Virus genome (UHGV): UHGV-0125199
Strand: one strand, 5' to 3'
DNA length: 64,000 bases
Source: a virus
The number at the start of each line of letters is the position of its first letter. Position 1 is the first letter of the stretch. The notes beneath the pieces were generated by a model. The model was not told where the DNA came from, ran no database searches, and was given only the letters and a program-made list of their open reading frames with translations. The translations under genes and the position numbers were made by a program. This document shows positions 59,657 to 64,000 of this stretch, one piece after another.

Positions 59657-61534
59657 ATGAATTTTAATAAACAACAAGAAGAAACTATTAATACAATAGA
59701 AGGAAACGTGGCGGTTATTGCCACAGCAGGTTCCGGTAAAACAACTGTTCTTACCCATAGAATTAAAAAAATGGTTGAAGAACATAATATATTACCATCT
59801 TCTATCCTGGCAATTACTTTTAGCAAAAAAGCAAAAGAAAATATAAACGAAAAACTAATGGAACTTAATATATCGAATGTATCTGTAGAGACTTTTCATT
59901 CATTTGCTTTGAAGATTATCTCCTCTGTGTATGGAATCAAAAAATTTAAAATATGGACAACACCATGGGAAAAAGAAAAAACAATAAAATGGATTTGTAG
60001 TGACTCTTTATTACTTTGCGATTCTGATAATGTCCCATACAACGAAATTACATCGTTTATTGCGTTGCAGAAAAATAACATGAAAACCCCAAATGATGAT
60101 TTAATTTACACTCCGGATCCCCCATTTAAAGAAGAGGATATGAAACAAATATATAAAACTTATGAAGAGTATAAAGAAATCAATTCACTTATTGAGTTTG
60201 ATGATTTTTTGAACATGGCAAATAAAATTTTTGATACTGATTATTATACTTTAGAAAAGTATCGAAATATTTTTCAGTATATATTAGTTGATGAATTTCA
60301 GGATATTTCAATTTCTCAAGCATTACTTTTAAGAAAATTAAACACAAAAAACACAATGATCGTCGGAGATCCTCTTCAGGCTATTTATTCATTTAGAGGT
60401 GGTGATAGCAGATTTATTCTAAATTTTGATACTGATTATAAAGATGTAAAAGTTATTAATCTAAATACAAATTATAGATGTAGCAAAGATATTGTATTTA
60501 CAGCAAATAAACTTGCGTTAAGTATTCCTGATTCTCAACACAAAAATTATGTAGAGAGTATTTCAAATAAAGAAAATTTTCAAATTCCTGAGTTAAGACA
60601 TTTCCCTGATGATTATGAAGAATGTTTATGGGTTGCATCAAAAATAGGAGAATTAAAATTTAAAGGATACGATTACAACGACATTGCCATCCTCGCCAGA
60701 ACAAATGCTCAATTACAAAAACTAGAGTCAACGCTGCATGATGAAGATATAGCATTTGAAATTGTTGATGGTAAAACTTTTACAGAATTACCAGAGATCA
60801 AATTGATAATTTCTTACTTTAAACTTGCGTTAAACACAAATGATAATGAATCGTTTTCTTATCTATACAATAAACCAAATCGATGGTTAGATAAAAAATT
60901 TTTAAAAGAAGTAACAGATAACAGTTTTAAAAGAAATATATCATTATACAATTCAATGTTCACGATTGACAGGAGAAATTGGAGATTCAAAAAAGGTATC
61001 GATGAAATCATTGAAGTAATAAATTATTTACAAAACAATCAGAATTCCAACATTTCAGATTTGGTAAGATTTTTGAGAAACAGATTAGACATTGATAAAT
61101 TTGTTACAAAAGGAAAGCAATCAGATGATGGAAGTTATATTGAACAAATCGACAACCTTAACAGTTTTGAAAATATTTGTTCCAAATACTCTTCCATTAA
61201 AGAATTTGTTTCATACATAGATGAGTTAAATACAGAAATGGAGAATAAAGATAATGATAAAGTCAAATTACTTACAATTCATAAGTCAAAAGGTATGGAA
61301 TATCCTGTCGTGTTTATCATTGGATGCAATGAAGAAATCCTGCCACACTATAAGAATGAAAATGTTGATGATGAACGTAGGTTATTCTATGTCGCAATTA
61401 CAAGAGCCGAAAAAGAATTATATCTATCATATGTTGATTTATATAATGGTCAAACAAAATTGATAAGCTCTTTTATTAAAGATGTTGAAAATACAATTAA
61501 AATTATAAAAAACGAAAAAATAAGTGGTGAATAA
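59657..61534 (+). CDS. UvrD/PcrA-like superfamily 1 DNA helicase
   Basis: AVIATAGSGKTTVLTHRI (Walker A/motif I), LVDEFQDIS (motif II), TNYRCSK, LLTIHKSKGMEYPVVFII and RRLFYVAITRAE (motifs V/VI). Confidence 0.8.
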   Translation: MNFNKQQEETINTIEGNVAVIATAGSGKTTVLTHRIKKMVEEHNILPSSILAITFSKKAKENINEKLMELNISNVSVETFHSFALKIISSVYGIKKFKIWTTPWEKEKTIKWICSDSLLLCDSDNVPYNEITSFIALQKNNMKTPNDDLIYTPDPPFKEEDMKQIYKTYEEYKEINSLIEFDDFLNMANKIFDTDYYTLEKYRNIFQYILVDEFQDISISQALLLRKLNTKNTMIVGDPLQAIYSFRGGDSRFILNFDTDYKDVKVINLNTNYRCSKDIVFTANKLALSIPDSQHKNYVESISNKENFQIPELRHFPDDYEECLWVASKIGELKFKGYDYNDIAILARTNAQLQKLESTLHDEDIAFEIVDGKTFTELPEIKLIISYFKLALNTNDNESFSYLYNKPNRWLDKKFLKEVTDNSFKRNISLYNSMFTIDRRNWRFKKGIDEIIEVINYLQNNQNSNISDLVRFLRNRLDIDKFVTKGKQSDDGSYIEQIDNLNSFENICSKYSSIKEFVSYIDELNTEMENKDNDKVKLLTIHKSKGMEYPVVFIIGCNEEILPHYKNENVDDERRLFYVAITRAEKELYLSYVDLYNGQTKLISSFIKDVENTIKIIKNEKISGE

Positions 61535-61961
61535 TAAGTAATCCTACTTTATGTATTTTGTTTCTAAATGGTGAATTAAAATATGTCCCACATTCAATAA
61601 ACATCATTTAGGAATTTGTAACTTGAAAATCAAATTTCATTTCATTTAAAGAAAGGAGTTATGTGAATGAAAACATAATTATATTTTCTATCACATTAGA
61701 ATTGCAGCGAAGATATCCCTAGAAAATATCTTCCATCGCACAAGTTTTTGTGGATGTTTCATCCACGGTTGGTTTGGATTATTGCGGTAAGTCAGAATCT
61801 AACGTTCCAGACTGCTGCTCTGATCCAAAAGAAATGATGCAATTAGTTAATAGTCAAATTTAAATAAAGAGAATAAATATATGAAACTTATAGTCATCAC
61901 TCAATTAAAGGAGCGAGTCCAATGACAAACAAAAATTATGAAAACAGAGGAGATTTAATTT

Positions 61962-62189
61962 ATGAAAACAAGTACATATGTAACACCAGGAAGCCATAAT
62001 CTTCAGATTCCAAATCGGAGCGAATTTCACAAGTATCTAATTGAAAACATTACAGTTGGTGATTTTAGTACAGGTGGTTGTGCAGATGGTGGAACAAAAA
62101 TTAAGAAAATTGCACACGCAATCAATTGGTCAAAGGCTATGCATAATAAATACTATATTAAGAAATTTTCAGAAGAAAATAGAAAATAA
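61962..62189 (+). CDS. hypothetical small protein
   Basis: RBS AGGAG upstream. Confidence 0.4.
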   Translation: MKTSTYVTPGSHNLQIPNRSEFHKYLIENITVGDFSTGGCADGGTKIKKIAHAINWSKAMHNKYYIKKFSEENRK

Positions 62190-62261
62190 GTTTAACTACA
62201 TAAGAATGAGGTGAGTAAAATTAGTAAATACGGAATTAAGATTAAAAATATAAAAGCAGGT

Positions 62262-64000
62262 ATGATTTATGATGTAAATATTGGAGTGAGAGACTATTTC
62301 ACTTACACTGAAGCGATGTTAAATAATAGTTTGTTTAGCTATCACCTTAAGAAAAATGGTATAAAAATTTATAAAAAACCAAAGTCTGATAAAGAATCTA
62401 CGCGTGATATAATATGTTTAGACTTTGATTTTGGAAGTCGTTCTTACGAAGAAGAGAAAAAAAGACTCGAAAAATTAGAAAACAATGCAACGACAATAGA
62501 TGATAAAAATAAAATAAAATATTTACTAAAAGAAATAGGGAAAAAAGAAAAACTATACAATGGTAAAAATAGAGATAAAATCAGAGAAGATTTTTATCAG
62601 AATGGAGTAGATATTTCATATAGACACACCGATAAAAAAACAAAAAAAGAAGTTGTTGAAACAATACATTATCTTATGCTATTTAGAACGAGTGCAAAAG
62701 CTAAAGTTGGACAAGTTATTTTTATAAATGAAAACTTATATGATGATGCATACGATTGGCTTACAATCGGATTAGGAAAAAAAATGTCTTATGATAACGC
62801 AAAAATAGTTGAGATGTCTGCTTATGCACCACTTACCACATCTACTATTGTTGGAACATTAAAAATTCCGGTAGAAGACATTTTAATATTAAAAGATCAG
62901 GATTCATTTTTTTCTACATTTACGAGTGTAGTAAAAGCTGAAGAGTATATTGATAGTTCTGGAAACAAAAAGAAAAAATGTATTGTTGAATCAGAAGAAA
63001 GAGAAGTTAAAAACACACTATGGGATGGTATGGGTATTATTGAATCATCAATTTTGCCGGGATGGATAAATGGGATGGCTTTATTACGAAATCATTTATT
63101 TAAGATGTGCGGTTTTAAAGGACATGTACAATTATTCTTTAAAGATTGGTGCAAAAAAAATAATCATGACTATAATACATATCAAGTTGAAGATATGTTT
63201 GGATGTAAACATTATTTAAAAGACATCAAGATTATCACAACAGATAATTCTATAAAGTGGAAAAAATTTATTGATATTATGGGCGGAACATTATCTTCTG
63301 CTTATGAATATTGGTGTGATAAAATTCGCGAAGATGGCAACATATGGGGAGTTGTAAAAACAGATCATCAAAGTAAATTTGAAAACTCGCAGCAGTTAAG
63401 TTATCAAATGATAAACACTCTTCCGTGCACTAAAGAAGACGTGTATGACATCGCATCAGATACAGTTAAATATATCGAAACATTGAAAACAGATAATGTT
63501 GAATTTGAAAAGTTTTTACGAAAATATGCAAATGAAATAAACCATTATCAAATGTTGGCTGATTTATACAGACATAATCCTGATTTCGCCAATTGTGGAT
63601 GGTTCAGAAATGAAAAGAAAAAAATTATTTTTGAATATGTTAACAGAATGAGAAAAGGCAAAATATTAGTAAATGGAGATAATTTGACTGTCTGTGGAAA
63701 TCCTTATGCTCTTCTACTCTATTCAGTAGGTGAAAATTGGGAAGAAGATCCTACATTTTCAAAAGAAGAAAATAGTATTCAATGTTATACAAGAAGATTT
63801 AGTAACGATGAATATCTATGCGGTTTTAGGAATCCACATAATTCACCGAATAATGTATGTCACTTTCATAATGTATATAGTCAGGAAATGTCTAGATATT
63901 TTGATTTTAGCAAAAATATTATGGCTGTAAATTGTATAGGAACTGATGTCCAAGATAGAATGAACGGGGAAGATTTCGATTCAGATTTTAATCTAGTCAC
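62262..64000 (+). CDS. large hypothetical protein, C-terminally truncated by the window end (over 579 aa in window)
   Basis: Open frame traced by hand from ATG 62262 (alternative GTG at 62211) to the window end. Not in the ORF track because no stop lies in the window. Contains LCGFRNPHNSPNN and NGEDFDSDFN motifs. Confidence 0.5.
   Translation, partial: MIYDVNIGVRDYFTYTEAMLNNSLFSYHLKKNGIKIYKKPKSDKESTRDIICLDFDFGSRSYEEEKKRLEKLENNATTIDDKNKIKYLLKEIGKKEKLYNGKNRDKIREDFYQNGVDISYRHTDKKTKKEVVETIHYLMLFRTSAKAKVGQVIFINENLYDDAYDWLTIGLGKKMSYDNAKIVEMSAYAPLTTSTIVGTLKIPVEDILILKDQDSFFSTFTSVVKAEEYIDSSGNKKKKCIVESEEREVKNTLWDGMGIIESSILPGWINGMALLRNHLFKMCGFKGHVQLFFKDWCKKNNHDYNTYQVEDMFGCKHYLKDIKIITTDNSIKWKKFIDIMGGTLSSAYEYWCDKIREDGNIWGVVKTDHQSKFENSQQLSYQMINTLPCTKEDVYDIASDTVKYIETLKTDNVEFEKFLRKYANEINHYQMLADLYRHNPDFANCGWFRNEKKKIIFEYVNRMRKGKILVNGDNLTVCGNPYALLLYSVGENWEEDPTFSKEENSIQCYTRRFSNDEYLCGFRNPHNSPNNVCHFHNVYSQEMSRYFDFSKNIMAVNCIGTDVQDRMNGEDFDSDFNLV

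Overview
This 64 kb window is AT-rich (roughly 30% GC) and densely packed with short genes. It reads as the early/accessory region of a temperate Firmicutes (Clostridia/Bacillus-like) phage or phage-plasmid. From 1 to about 57.8 kb nearly all genes lie on the minus strand. A divergent plus-strand module (58.5-64 kb) follows, with iteron-like repeats, a putative initiator, a UvrD-like SF1 helicase and a large ORF truncated at the window end.

Recognisable content:
- a four-gene NAD+ salvage/reconstitution operon: PncA-like nicotinamidase, Prs/Adps-like enzyme, NadV/Namat-like NAMPT-family phosphoribosyltransferase, NadE.
- an RNA-repair pair: Pnk-like P-loop kinase fused to an HD phosphohydrolase, plus a KxHG RNA ligase.
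- a C5 cytosine DNA methyltransferase whose motif I sits at the C-terminus (apparent circular permutation).
- two sigma-70-family factors.
- a tRNA-Met(CAT) plus an adjacent tRNA-like remnant.
- a five-repeat mini CRISPR-like array (32 bp repeats, 34 bp spacers) immediately downstream of a frameshifted IS605-family tnpB.
- a second tnpB with an in-frame TAG at the conserved Trp codon.
- a DUF262 (ParB-nuclease-like) protein.
- a MazF/PemK toxin, with a divergent XRE regulator and palindromic operators.
- a candidate plus-strand sRNA next to the toxin locus.
- a tyrosine integrase, a DnaN sliding clamp and a ParB/Srx-like protein.
- a Y-family polymerase with a YolD-like partner.
- YopX and DUF551 family proteins (SPbeta-like flavour).
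- a 2.7 kb non-coding region with strong strand-compositional asymmetry and short repeats.

Most other ORFs are small hypothetical proteins, many with zinc ribbons. All calls rest on motif recognition by eye; no database search was possible.
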